DNA of 64,000 nucleotides from Chloroflexota bacterium (GTDB lineage Bacteria > Chloroflexota > Anaerolineae > DUEN01). Made by a program: the position numbers and the translations under genes. The DNA lies in assembly GCA_013152435.1 (NCBI GenBank), contig JAADGJ010000010.1, positions 13,911-77,910 of the forward strand, written 5' to 3'. This document shows positions 8,815 to 19,014 of the stretch, piece by piece. Under the pieces are notes generated by a model that was not told the origin of the DNA, ran no database searches, and saw only the letters and a program-made list of their open reading frames with translations. Numbering within the stretch: the stretch's first letter is position 1; each line of letters starts with the position of its first letter.

Positions 8815-9834
8815 ATGCAGGAGTCAACTACGTTGCCCGCGGGAAAGCTGCCGGCAGATCTGCTGGAGAGGCTGCTGCGCCGGTACGGAGGCCGAGACCC
8901 CCGGCTCGTGGTCGGGCCCCGGGCGGGCGAGGATGCGGCCGTCATCGACTTCGGCGATCGCTATTTGCTGGCAAAGACGGACCCGATCACCTTTGCAACG
9001 GATGAGATCGGCTGGTATGCCGTGAACGTCAACGCGAACGATATCGCCGCCATGGGGGGGCGACCGAAGTGGTTTCTGGCGACGATGCTGTTGCCAGAGG
9101 GACAGGCGACCCCGCAGATGGCGGATACCCTCTTTGGACAGATCCATGCCGCGTGCGCGGAGTTGGGCGTCACGCTGGCGGGCGGACACACGGAGATCAC
9201 GTATGGGCTGGATCGCCCCATCATCGCGGGCGTGATGCTGGGGGAGGTGGATCCGGAGCGGATGGTGACGACGGCCGGAGCCCGGCCAGGCGACGCGATC
9301 GTGCTGGTGAAGGGGGTCCCCATTGAAGGCGCTTCCCTGATCGCCCGCGAGAAACGCCAGGTGCTGCGGGATCGCGGCTATGAGGACGCCTGGCTGGATC
9401 GCGTCGCTGGGTTCCTGTACGACCCTGGGATCAGCGTGGTGGCCCCGGCGCTGCGGGCCCGCGAGGTCGCCGACGTGCACGCGATGCATGATCCCACCGA
9501 GGGAGGGCTGATCACCGGGCTTTGGGAGATCGCCCGGGCGGCTGATGTGGGCCTGGAGGTGTCCAGGGATGCGATCCCGATCCTGCCGGAGGGGCAGCGG
9601 CTCTGCGAGGAGTTTGGCCTGGATCCGCTGGGCACCATCGCCTCCGGCAGCCTGTTGGTGGTCCTCCCGGCGGATGAGGTCTCCGCCCTCCAGGCCGTCC
9701 TGGAACGAGAGGGGTTTCCCGTTGCTGTGATCGGCCGCGTGCTGGCCAAGAGGGAAGGGGTCTGGCTAAGGGACAGCGACGCGCGCCTCCCCTTGCCCCG
9801 GTTCGCCGTTGATGAGATCACCAAGCTGTTCTAA
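8815..9834 (+). CDS. AIR-synthase-related (PurM/HypE-like) ATP-binding protein.
   Basis: PurM-superfamily N-domain motifs (AVIDFGDRYLLAKTDPITF...ANDIAAMGGRPKWF) resemble HypE/ThiL-like proteins. The C-terminus lacks the HypE PRIC motif. Start ATG 8815 has a GGGAGGTGG RBS; the track's 8746 start is rejected. Confidence 0.7.
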   Translation: MQESTTLPAGKLPADLLERLLRRYGGRDPRLVVGPRAGEDAAVIDFGDRYLLAKTDPITFATDEIGWYAVNVNANDIAAMGGRPKWFLATMLLPEGQATPQMADTLFGQIHAACAELGVTLAGGHTEITYGLDRPIIAGVMLGEVDPERMVTTAGARPGDAIVLVKGVPIEGASLIAREKRQVLRDRGYEDAWLDRVAGFLYDPGISVVAPALRAREVADVHAMHDPTEGGLITGLWEIARAADVGLEVSRDAIPILPEGQRLCEEFGLDPLGTIASGSLLVVLPADEVSALQAVLEREGFPVAVIGRVLAKREGVWLRDSDARLPLPRFAVDEITKLF

Positions 9835-9873
9835 GAATGTGTCTGAGAAACACACCACGAAGTATATCGAGTA

Positions 9874-9942
9874 GGGGCGACGCATGCGTCGCCCCATTGG
9901 TATCAATCTCTGGGGTGGCTCGGAGGGGCTGCAGCCCCTCCG
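9874..9942. terminator. Two consecutive perfect GC-rich palindromes (GGGGCGACGCATGCGTCGCCCC, CGGAGGGGCTGCAGCCCCTCCG) between convergent genes; likely bidirectional terminators.
   Basis: Palindromes at 9874..9895 and 9921..9942, in the gap between the plus gene ending at 9834 and the minus gene ending at 10090. Confidence 0.5.
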
Positions 9943-10089
9943 AAGAAATCTATTTTCAGCCCCTCACCTGCTCCGTGGGGCCGGAGGCCACCGGCCAAAG
10001 CCCCAACCAGGCAGGGAAAAGGCGAGAACAAGAGTTTTCCTGCGGAGGGGAAGCCCCTCCGCACCTCCTCTTATCCTGAGAGAGCCCCG

Positions 10090-10818
10090 TTATTGCGCCT
10101 CCTCCATCCACGCGTCCTCCGGGAGGTTGTGCCCCGCGATCAGGAGAATGGTCAGCGCCAGTAACCAGGTCGACTCCTCCTCTGAGAGCGATCCGGCCGG
10201 GAACACGGCCGGGCTATGCCCCCATTTCCGCCGCTCCTGAAAGCTGGCCAGGCGGCCGATCTCCCGGCCGTGTAGGGTCACCGTGTGAGGCCGCCCCAGC
10301 TTCTCCCTAAGGGCTGCCTGGGCTCCCGCGACGAACAGGATGGGCGGCCCTCCCACCCGGGGGGCGCTTCCCACGGCCTCGCCCGTCGAGTCAAGCAGCG
10401 TCCCATCCGGCAGGATCGTCCCCCACAACTCCCCATCGATGTGGATCGTCGTGCGCTCCGGCGTGATATCGAAGGAGAAGGTATGCTCCGTCGTGCGAGC
10501 CTCCAGGGTCCCGCGCGTCGTCTCACGCCCCCCACGTATGTTGAACGTAAAGGCGATCCATGCGGGCCCTTTGGGATCATGCACGCTATGGATCATGCCC
10601 TGGCCGCGCACCCGTCGAGGGAGCTTCACCCAACGGGCTTCCCACTTGGCGGACAGATCCTCCAGGCTCTCCGGCGGCCAGGGGCGAAGGTGCGTCACGG
10701 CCCGGCGCCACCGGCGAATCAGCCATAGGACCAAGGCGACAAGTCCTGCCATTCCCAGGCCAACCAGGCAGATGGAGGCCAGGCAGATGATCGCCCAGTT
10801 TGGAGACGTGGAATCCAT
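10090..10818 (-). CDS. Uncharacterised membrane protein (N-terminal TM anchor, ~200-aa domain, C-terminal amphipathic/TM segment); paralog of 32213..33028.
   Basis: 242 aa. Clear paralogy to the 271-aa product of 32213..33028 (LRPWPPESLEDL / LRPWSSEGLTDL; GSAPR; LARTTE; WLLALTILLIAGHNL / WLLSLAILQIAGYNL). Start 10818 has an AAGGGGGG RBS and lies 10 nt after the stop of the metzincin gene. Confidence 0.7.
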   Translation of the reverse strand: MDSTSPNWAIICLASICLVGLGMAGLVALVLWLIRRWRRAVTHLRPWPPESLEDLSAKWEARWVKLPRRVRGQGMIHSVHDPKGPAWIAFTFNIRGGRETTRGTLEARTTEHTFSFDITPERTTIHIDGELWGTILPDGTLLDSTGEAVGSAPRVGGPPILFVAGAQAALREKLGRPHTVTLHGREIGRLASFQERRKWGHSPAVFPAGSLSEEESTWLLALTILLIAGHNLPEDAWMEEAQ

Positions 10819-10828
10819 CGTTCCCCCC

Positions 10829-13800
10829 TTATTCCTGGCTTATGGCGGGCATGAAGATCTGCACAGGAGGCCACTCGCCGACGGTGATGGTCACAGAGGC
10901 GCTGCCGGTCAAGCCATCGCTATCGATGGCGGTCAGGGTGATCGTGTGATAGCCTGGAGGCAGATCGGAGACCTCCAGGCTCGAACCGGAGCCCAGGTCG
11001 CCGCTGATGTCGGAGTGCCAGCGCAGCTGTGCATCCGCCTCGATCGGTCCATCCTCAATGTCCGTCCCATAACCCTTCAGATAGATCGGCGAACCCACGG
11101 GGAAGAAGGTCCCGGCCGTGGGGACGAGGATGCCCGCCAGGGGCGGCTTCCTCGGCACGGAGAAAACCCCATCGCTCTCATCGGCGGCGGTGTTCACCCC
11201 GTCGCTCGCCAGCACGCGCACCTTGGCCTGGTCGGAGCCGCCGATCTCTGATGTATCGACCGTATAGCTCGTCTCGGTCAGGTTCACGGCCATGGTGTGC
11301 CACGTCCCTCCGCCGTCGATGCTATATTGCAAAGTGTAGACGAGCGGGTCGCCGTCGGGATCGTTGCCATGCCAGCGTATTGTTATCGATCCGTCGAGCG
11401 CCTCGCCGCCGTTGGGATAGTCCATCGTGACCGTGGGCGGATTGGGGCTGACCTGGCGGGTGTCCAGGACCTTCTCACCGTGCAGAAGGACGATCGATCG
11501 CGTGCCGATTGGGAATGGCAGCACCTCTATCCAATAGCGCCGGGGCTCTGAGGTGTCGGAGTCGGCGATGTACTGCTGTGGCTCAAAGTAGCGCGTGAAC
11601 AGGACGTTGCCCGTCGCATCCCGCAGCTCCAGGCGGTAGGCACCCTCCCCCGGGGCATCGGCCGTGCCTACCGGGCGTCCTTCCACATAGGCGAATCCTA
11701 ACTCTCCTGTATCGGCCTCCACATCTACGAAGCCATTGATGAGCAGATAAGGTTGCTCCTGGTTGGTCCCCCGCGCAGCGCTGGACCCTGGGCGGATTAC
11801 CAGCTTTTTGAAGATCGCCTGATACGTGTATGGGCTGACCCAACCTGGCCAACAGTATGACATAAGATCATAGGTGGACGCCGGGTCATACACGCGCGGG
11901 GTAAAGCTGAAGACGTCGAATCCGAATTCGCCAATGGAAGAGAGCGGATAGGGGACACCTTGCGGATTCTTGTAGTTCGGATAGTTGGTGTCCTCACCGC
12001 TTGGATCCTTGCAATGTGGGTCAATGACTTTTCCTTTCTTGTCTCGCGCGCTGGGGGCATGTGCTCGCCCAAAGTTGTGGCCCAGCTCGTGTGCCATGGC
12101 GCGGCCGTTAAACGCTACCCCGGCTGCCACCGGCACCCTGGTTGAGCCTATTCCCGCGACGGCCAGTTTAGGGATGTTCTTGTCCACCAGCCCGTACCAG
12201 TTACGACGCGTATTGACAGAGCGGATCCGCAGCCAGTTCAGCTTGTCCAGTAGCGCCTCCCATCCCGCCCGCCTCGTCAGGTCATGCTTGAAGGGGAGGA
12301 CAGCGTAGCCCACCGGCCACCAGAGGCGAATCTGGGAAAGGGGGAAGGTCTTCTCCGTGTAGCGGGGCGTCTCGAACGCCGCCTGAAGGGGAGGTAGGTA
12401 GACGGTCGGTTTTTTCTGCCCCGCCGCCTGCGACTCATACCGTACGCGAACCATCACGATATCCAGTGGTCGCGTCTCCTGAAAGGTGACCGTCGCTTCA
12501 CGCCGATTATTGGTCAGGTCGCGTTCCGGGACCAGCTCTCCCGGGTTCAGATCGAAGACGAAGTGCATCCGTCCCCTGCTCCACCTGGAAGGTAGCTCAA
12601 AGTAGAAGCTGTGGTCAAGCCTCCCTCGCTGAGGATTGGTCCGGACGGTGATCAGCCTGTGAGGATGCCTTGGCTCCAGCCGGGCGATGAGAACCTTCGT
12701 CCCATTGCTGGCCACGGCATACACTTTCAGAACCGCAAATACCCCGCTTACAGACCCGCCCAAGGGCGAATTCGCCCTGACGTGCGCGCGCACGTAAGTC
12801 GGTCTGTTCTGCACCAAGGGGACGCTGTTGTTCAGATCCTGGATAGCCTGTGTGACTTCCAACGCCTGTATCTCCAGGTCCGGCAAGAGGTCTCGGCTGA
12901 ACTCGGAGGTGTTGCCCATGCCGTCCGTCGTCGTGAGCGTGAAGTATCTCCGTCTCCGTGCCACGGAGACGCTGTACTTGCCGGACGCGTCGGCCTGAAC
13001 GCTCGTCAGGAACTCCTCGCCCTCATCGGCATCATCAACGAAGACCTCCACGGTGCATTTGCCACAGGTGCTGCCCTCTAAGGTATACTGGCCGCCGGCG
13101 GACGTCACCCGGGTGACGGAGGGAGGGCTTAAGCCTTGATTTCCGCCTGACAGGAGGCGAATACCCCGACCCTCGTTTTTGAAGATGCTGTTGTGGGAGA
13201 TGGTATTGCGTATCGTATTGTGTCCTTCAATCCGGATGCCATCCCCCTTGTTGCCGGTGATCGTGTTCGCCATGCCCGACGAGGCCCCTCCGATCTGATT
13301 CATCTGGGCGCCGCCGGCGATGTATATACCGTGTGACCCGTTGGGAAGGGGGGCGGAGAAAGCTCCGATGCCTATGCGATTCCCCCACACCTTATTCCGA
13401 TCCGTGCCGACGTCGGTAATGGCCACGCCAAGTCGATTGTTCCCCGCGATCACATTCCCCGCGTCGGTATCTCTTCCCCCGATCTCATTCTCCTGAGCGC
13501 CGCCGGCAATGATCACGCCGTTGAGGTGATTGGGTATGGCAACTCGTCCCGTGAAATCGGTACCGATGTAATTGCCCAGCACCCGATTGCGCACCGTCCC
13601 CGTTCCGTAAATGTGTACCCCGTTGTCCTGGTTGCCGCTGATGATATTGTTCTCGAACAGATCAGTGCTGCCGATGATATTATCATGGGCGCCCGTGGCG
13701 ATGATCACGCCGGAGCCATCATTGGGGATGGCCATCTTCCCGGTGGCGTCGGTGCCGATGTAATTGCCAGTGACGGTGATGGCCGTGGAGGACTCCCAGA

Positions 13801-15961
13801 TGAGGATCCCATGGCGACCGTTTCCGCTGATGACGTTGCCCTCCGTATGGAACCCGCCGATGCGATGTTCTCTGCCGCGGGATATCTCGATCCCATCGCC
13901 GCCGTTACCCAAGTCCACATTGCCGCGCGGGTTCACGCCGATGCGGTTGCCGCGCACGACGTTGTCTCGTCCCGATTCGATGCGTATCCCATCCCCCATG
14001 TTGCCGCTGATGACGTTGGCAGAGAGCGCGCCAGGGGAGCCGACGGTGGTGCGACGGACGTTATCGAGATACACGCCGTCTCCGTGGTTGGGCAACGCGG
14101 TGGTGCCGAGGCGGTTCAGGCCAATGATGTTCCCCAGGATATAGGTCCTCTCAACGCCCGGTCCTCTGAGCTCGACGCCATGACTCAGGTTGCCGCTGAT
14201 CACGTTGCCCTCGCCATCGTTGGGGCCGCCGATGAAGTTGCTCCGAGCCTTCTGAGAGACGAGCACACCGATGCCGCCGTTGCCCAACGCCAGGTTGCCC
14301 TCTTTGTCGGTACCGATGACGTTCCCCCGCACGGAATTCTGGTCCGTGCCGGCGCCGGTGATCCATATGCCGCCGCTATCGTTGCCGCTGACTACGTTGC
14401 CGGGACCGATTTGATTCGCGTTGGCGCCGTCCTGGATGACGATCCCCCAACCGTGATTGGAGCGCCGCACCTCTCTGCCGGTGGGGTCCAGGCCGATGAT
14501 GTTCCGCTCTATCCGGTTCACCATGCTACCCGACCCGGCGATGAGCAGGCCGTGCTGCCCGTTCCCGCCGATCACGTTCCCCCGGATCAGGTTGTGGCTG
14601 GCGTTCTCGCTCAGGACCACGCCGATGCCGTTACCGGCCGGATTGCCGAGGGGGTCCAACCCCACGGTATTGGTGAGCACCTGATTGCTGGCCCCCTGGA
14701 TCCAGATGCCGTAATGCTCAAAGCCGGTGATGCTCAACCCCTGGATCACGACTTTGGTCCCCTCGACGATCAGGCCATCGCCGCCCGCGCCCAGGCGGGA
14801 TCCGTCGATCTGGATCTCGGGGCCGGCCGGGTTGGGGTCGCTGCCGATGAATCCCGCCTGACTGAAGCCATCTATGAGGAGGCCGGGCGCGGTCAGAGCG
14901 GGCAGGGTCGAGGTGACCTGGATGGTCCAGTAGCCGCCGGCCGGGTAGTAGCCCGGGTCCGAAGTGGGAATTCGGAACGTGATGTGCTTGACGAAATAGC
15001 GATTGGCCGCCTGAATGGCTTCGCGTAGGGAACAGTGCTGAAGCGTGCAGGCGCCATCGTCGCGATCGTCCGTAGTGTTCACCTCCCAGCGCAGTACGAA
15101 GGTCCAGCGAAGGCGGTAGGAGGCCGGCAGGACGGCCGTCCCGGGGTTCGCCCGAACGCCCACTCGGTAGGTCCCCCCGACCTCGGCCGGGTAGATGATG
15201 GCCTCCGCGCGGGTCCCGGGCGCGTCGGAGAACGCCACCTCCTCGCCGTTGGGGTCGAAGAGGACGAGAACGAGATCGATCGGCAGATCCGAGGGGGATG
15301 ATGCCGCCATCTCCGACACGCCGTCCACCTCGATCTGGAGGATCTGCCCGGGCGACACGTCGGGTAGCGCATAGTAATCCACGTCCTCCTCATGGCAGAT
15401 GTAGCTATCGACGGGCGCGTCAGGCTCGATGGACCATGCCTCCTCCGGGACATCGTTCGGCTCGTAGGGATCAGGGCAGGGAGCCGGGGTAGCGACCGAG
15501 TCCACGCGTAGGGTGTATGGGTTGGGTTGCTCGTCCTCCGTTCCCCAGACCACCGCGTAATACGTGCCCGCCTGATCCGCCGTGTGGACGATCTGTTCCG
15601 TTGTGGTCCCCGGGTTGGTCGAGGTGATGAGCACGGTCTGATCGGGCCCGTAGAGATCAAGGTTGCTATCCCATTCCATGCCGTAAAGGCTGATCGTGAT
15701 CTGCTGGCCCGTGGTCAGGGGAAAACGGAAGAAGTCGTTATCATCGGAATTGCATACGACGGCGTTGTATTCCACACCGAACTCCACCGGTGTGGCCTGG
15801 TCAAACCAGTTGTTGGGCTCGTAAGGATCGGTGCAGTCGGCGGGCAGGTGGGCCGTTGCCTCCCCATCTGGTGAGTCGCTTAGAACAACCGTACCGCCAA
15901 GGGCGAAGAGGACGAGGGGGAGGAGGAAGGCAACCAGCCATTGTGCGCGATGGAAGGACAT
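10829..15961 (-). CDS. Giant secreted multidomain metzincin-type zinc metalloprotease (1710 aa).
   Basis: Domain order read from the translation: signal peptide; two N-terminal PPC (pre-peptidase) domains (DPYEPNN...DDNDFFRF); CSLREA motif (TLQHCSLREAIQAAN); about 20 parallel beta-helix repeats (NVISGN.., GNRIG..); metzincin motif HELGHNFGRAH (12061..12093) plus Met-turn DLMSY; C-terminal Ig/PKD-like domains. The last residues are ...VQIFMPAISQE. RBS AAAGGAG. Confidence 0.85.
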   Translation of the reverse strand: MSFHRAQWLVAFLLPLVLFALGGTVVLSDSPDGEATAHLPADCTDPYEPNNWFDQATPVEFGVEYNAVVCNSDDNDFFRFPLTTGQQITISLYGMEWDSNLDLYGPDQTVLITSTNPGTTTEQIVHTADQAGTYYAVVWGTEDEQPNPYTLRVDSVATPAPCPDPYEPNDVPEEAWSIEPDAPVDSYICHEEDVDYYALPDVSPGQILQIEVDGVSEMAASSPSDLPIDLVLVLFDPNGEEVAFSDAPGTRAEAIIYPAEVGGTYRVGVRANPGTAVLPASYRLRWTFVLRWEVNTTDDRDDGACTLQHCSLREAIQAANRYFVKHITFRIPTSDPGYYPAGGYWTIQVTSTLPALTAPGLLIDGFSQAGFIGSDPNPAGPEIQIDGSRLGAGGDGLIVEGTKVVIQGLSITGFEHYGIWIQGASNQVLTNTVGLDPLGNPAGNGIGVVLSENASHNLIRGNVIGGNGQHGLLIAGSGSMVNRIERNIIGLDPTGREVRRSNHGWGIVIQDGANANQIGPGNVVSGNDSGGIWITGAGTDQNSVRGNVIGTDKEGNLALGNGGIGVLVSQKARSNFIGGPNDGEGNVISGNLSHGVELRGPGVERTYILGNIIGLNRLGTTALPNHGDGVYLDNVRRTTVGSPGALSANVISGNMGDGIRIESGRDNVVRGNRIGVNPRGNVDLGNGGDGIEISRGREHRIGGFHTEGNVISGNGRHGILIWESSTAITVTGNYIGTDATGKMAIPNDGSGVIIATGAHDNIIGSTDLFENNIISGNQDNGVHIYGTGTVRNRVLGNYIGTDFTGRVAIPNHLNGVIIAGGAQENEIGGRDTDAGNVIAGNNRLGVAITDVGTDRNKVWGNRIGIGAFSAPLPNGSHGIYIAGGAQMNQIGGASSGMANTITGNKGDGIRIEGHNTIRNTISHNSIFKNEGRGIRLLSGGNQGLSPPSVTRVTSAGGQYTLEGSTCGKCTVEVFVDDADEGEEFLTSVQADASGKYSVSVARRRRYFTLTTTDGMGNTSEFSRDLLPDLEIQALEVTQAIQDLNNSVPLVQNRPTYVRAHVRANSPLGGSVSGVFAVLKVYAVASNGTKVLIARLEPRHPHRLITVRTNPQRGRLDHSFYFELPSRWSRGRMHFVFDLNPGELVPERDLTNNRREATVTFQETRPLDIVMVRVRYESQAAGQKKPTVYLPPLQAAFETPRYTEKTFPLSQIRLWWPVGYAVLPFKHDLTRRAGWEALLDKLNWLRIRSVNTRRNWYGLVDKNIPKLAVAGIGSTRVPVAAGVAFNGRAMAHELGHNFGRAHAPSARDKKGKVIDPHCKDPSGEDTNYPNYKNPQGVPYPLSSIGEFGFDVFSFTPRVYDPASTYDLMSYCWPGWVSPYTYQAIFKKLVIRPGSSAARGTNQEQPYLLINGFVDVEADTGELGFAYVEGRPVGTADAPGEGAYRLELRDATGNVLFTRYFEPQQYIADSDTSEPRRYWIEVLPFPIGTRSIVLLHGEKVLDTRQVSPNPPTVTMDYPNGGEALDGSITIRWHGNDPDGDPLVYTLQYSIDGGGTWHTMAVNLTETSYTVDTSEIGGSDQAKVRVLASDGVNTAADESDGVFSVPRKPPLAGILVPTAGTFFPVGSPIYLKGYGTDIEDGPIEADAQLRWHSDISGDLGSGSSLEVSDLPPGYHTITLTAIDSDGLTGSASVTITVGEWPPVQIFMPAISQE

Positions 15962-16048
15962 GATCAGCTCCTTTCAGGACCCCCGTGGCATCCCGTGAGG
16001 GTCTCCCTCATCCGGCTAGTCCAACCGCGAGCGGCGCGTCGCATACGA

Positions 16049-18937
16049 TCACCCGCAAAGCGAGAACACGAGATAGCCCGCCGGACACACGATGGCCTGA
16101 TTCTCCTGCGTCGTGACGGCGATCCACTGGTCATCCGGGCTGAAGACGAGTCCCTGGAATGGGCCGCCCACGGGGAGAAGCTCAAGCCCTTGCTCCCCGC
16201 TGATGACCACATATGCCTCCGAGGAGCCAAGGGCGACCACGAGCTGCCCACCAGAAGAAAGCGCCAGCGTATGGATACTTTCCGGAGCGGGGATGCTGGC
16301 CGCGAGGGTTCCATCCACACGCCAGATGTGCAGCGCATAGCCCTCGTCGGTCGAGCCGTTGGTCAGGAACCCCCCGGGGTCGAGGAAGAGGAGCGTGTTC
16401 GGGTCGCCGGAGATCCCGGTTTTCACCGTGGCGACCGGTTCCCAGTCCTCTGTGCGCCAGATCTGTACCGTGCCCCCATAGGCGATAGCGACCAGATACG
16501 CGCCATCCGGCCCGAAGGCGACACCCTCGACGATGGGCGCGTGGACGCCTTCATACGGGAATCGGAGCTTCTGCACCACCGATCCGGTCTTCGCCTCGAT
16601 CACCGGCACCAGGCTCCCCTGGGCCGCCGAGACGGCCAGCGCGATCAGCCGGCCATCGGGGCTGAAGGCCAGGCCCATGATGCCGCCGAAGCTATCGCGA
16701 AAGGTCGCCGTGGGGGCGGCGTCCCCCTTCAGCAGCGCCGCCGTCTCCCACACGGTTAGATGATCCTGGAGATCGGCGGTGTAAGCTGTGGCCAGCAACG
16801 TCCCATCGGGGCTAAAGGCGATCTTACTGGCCTGGATAGGTTGAACGGCGAGCTGCTCAAAGGTTCGCCCATCGTAGAGGGCCAGGCGTGACGTGCCGGA
16901 CGAGCTATCCCAGAGGACCATCGCCACCCAGCGCCCCGCCGGGTCCCATGCCAGATCAAGGGGGCGCGTGCCTTCCGGGAGCGTAAGCGATGTGATCTCC
17001 TGCTCCACGGTCGATTCCGGCTGCGAGGTTGAGGAGAGATAGCGCCGGTCGTAGTACTCGCGGATCCTCTCCGGTGACCACCGGAGGCTTCGGAGCACTC
17101 GTAACACGGTCCCCTCGTGATAGCCCTCATTCCACAGGTCGGCTGGAGCCATCCAGAGGAAGTAGGCACGGATCCCTTGCTGCGGCTCCCAGAGTACCTC
17201 CAGGCCCTTACGTGTGCCGTCTTCGGAGGTAAACTCGGTGATGGTGACGGGGAGTCCCTGGGCATCCTCGCTCGTGTCCGTCTCGGCGGCCGGGCTCTCG
17301 CCGAAGGCTCGCTTTCGCAGCTCCTGAACGAACTGCTGGAAGATCTCCGCCAGGTCGGCGTCGGTGACGTCGGAATAGACGAACAGGAGCCCCTCGCCGG
17401 TCTGGTCGCTCTTAAACGCGTATCCGGTTGGCGGGTCGGTTAGCTCCTCCTCCTGGTCCAGCTGGGGGGGACGAGAGAAGGAGAAGAAACCCAAGGGCTC
17501 TTCATAAGGGGTCCACATGTTGAACTTTTTATGCACTCTGGGCGGGAACCAGGTGATTTCCAGTTCCTGCCACTGCTGCAGGCGTTGCTCCCAACGGTCC
17601 TTGGGCACGAGCCAGAAGCGGAGCAGGATGATGCCCCGATCTTCCTGGAGGCTGATCATCCCGCCGCGCTGCTCGGCCTCGGAGATCGCGTATGCGACGG
17701 CCACGCGCCCGCCCTCCGGGGCAGCTTGGGAGATGATCTCAGCATCGTCGCCGATCGTTGCGACGACCTCGGGGATGATCGCGTCCACCATCTCGCTCCA
17801 GGTGGCGTCATCCAGCGGCTGGCTGTCTACGGGGATGAACGAGATAGCCAGGGCCTCCGTATCCTCCGGGTTGCTGAAGATGTAGCCGTACTGGTTCTCG
17901 TCCGCGTTCTCCTCGACGACGCTGAGGTGCGCCGGATAGCGTATCGTGAACAGGCTGTTGGGGTCATAAGGATCGCCGAACTCGCTCCACCCCGAGGCTC
18001 CTTCGGGGGCAGGCGTGGGCGTGGGGGGCTCCACCTCCGCGCGCACGGTGAAGGTATAGGTCGCCACCTCCCGATCGTCGATGAGGAGCACCACCTTGTG
18101 TTCCCCTTCGGGCCATCCCTGCTCGGGCAGGTAGGAGAAGTAGAAGCCCGTGTCCTCGACGTTCTCCTGAGCTGTGATGGTGCGAGTGCCTGCCTCATCC
18201 AGTTGGCCGGACACATACCAGTGGGCTTCCAGCGTCGAGTGGAGTCCCAGGTCCACCCGGCCGACCACGAACACTTCCTCTGTAGGTGTGAAAGTGTCCG
18301 TGGGCTCGATCGGCTGGAAGTCCTCCGTCGCCCCCCGGGCCAGGACAGCCTGGCGCACCTGGGAGGGGATGGCCTCAGGCGGCGGGATGATGATGAACTC
18401 GTAGGATCCGGCCGGAGATCCGTTCAGGAGAATCTCCGCTCGGTAAAGATCGCTGATGGGGAATGGCTTCTCATGGGTGAGGGTGAAGCCCACGTTGGTG
18501 TTGCCCCCGATCACGAAGACCAGGCCCTGCTTCTTGCGCTCCTCGGCCAGATCCACGGTAGCCGATGCGATCTCCTGATCCTGATAGAGGAAACGGGCGG
18601 TCACCTGCCCTCCTTTGGGAGTGCCCTTCAGCTTGATGGAGAGGTAGATCGTCTCTTCCGGTGTAAACGTGTTGCCGGGATTGACGGGGGCGAATTCCTC
18701 CGTCAGGCCGTGGGCGAAGGTAGCCTCCAGGATCTTCAGAGCAGTCTGTTCCTCTGCGACGGGGGTGGGAGTGGGGACGATCTCCTCTTCCTCAGGCGCG
18801 GGCGTCTGCACGGCCGCCTCCCCGGCCGGAGCAGGCGTCGGCGTGGCCGGCTCCTCCTCACCGCCGCAGGCTGCCAACCCGAATGCAAGCGACAAGGCCA
18901 GGAACACGGTCAGAAGGTACATACGCATCTCTCGCAT
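16049..18937 (-). CDS. Lipoprotein with duplicated N-terminal domains and a C-terminal WD40/TolB-like beta-propeller (962 aa).
   Basis: Signal peptide with lipobox LAACGG and a TP/E-rich linker. Repeats FSPDGTLLATA, FSPDGRLIALA, FGPDGAYLVAIA and FSPDDQWIAVT are typical of beta-propeller blades. RBS GGAGGA. Confidence 0.75.
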   Translation of the reverse strand: MREMRMYLLTVFLALSLAFGLAACGGEEEPATPTPAPAGEAAVQTPAPEEEEIVPTPTPVAEEQTALKILEATFAHGLTEEFAPVNPGNTFTPEETIYLSIKLKGTPKGGQVTARFLYQDQEIASATVDLAEERKKQGLVFVIGGNTNVGFTLTHEKPFPISDLYRAEILLNGSPAGSYEFIIIPPPEAIPSQVRQAVLARGATEDFQPIEPTDTFTPTEEVFVVGRVDLGLHSTLEAHWYVSGQLDEAGTRTITAQENVEDTGFYFSYLPEQGWPEGEHKVVLLIDDREVATYTFTVRAEVEPPTPTPAPEGASGWSEFGDPYDPNSLFTIRYPAHLSVVEENADENQYGYIFSNPEDTEALAISFIPVDSQPLDDATWSEMVDAIIPEVVATIGDDAEIISQAAPEGGRVAVAYAISEAEQRGGMISLQEDRGIILLRFWLVPKDRWEQRLQQWQELEITWFPPRVHKKFNMWTPYEEPLGFFSFSRPPQLDQEEELTDPPTGYAFKSDQTGEGLLFVYSDVTDADLAEIFQQFVQELRKRAFGESPAAETDTSEDAQGLPVTITEFTSEDGTRKGLEVLWEPQQGIRAYFLWMAPADLWNEGYHEGTVLRVLRSLRWSPERIREYYDRRYLSSTSQPESTVEQEITSLTLPEGTRPLDLAWDPAGRWVAMVLWDSSSGTSRLALYDGRTFEQLAVQPIQASKIAFSPDGTLLATAYTADLQDHLTVWETAALLKGDAAPTATFRDSFGGIMGLAFSPDGRLIALAVSAAQGSLVPVIEAKTGSVVQKLRFPYEGVHAPIVEGVAFGPDGAYLVAIAYGGTVQIWRTEDWEPVATVKTGISGDPNTLLFLDPGGFLTNGSTDEGYALHIWRVDGTLAASIPAPESIHTLALSSGGQLVVALGSSEAYVVISGEQGLELLPVGGPFQGLVFSPDDQWIAVTTQENQAIVCPAGYLVFSLCG

Positions 18938-19014
18938 CTTTCTTTCCTCCGTTCGAACTCTGATTTCTCCACATCTCTCACCAGGGGAGACATCTTTCTC
19001 TGGTGGCTCTCACA

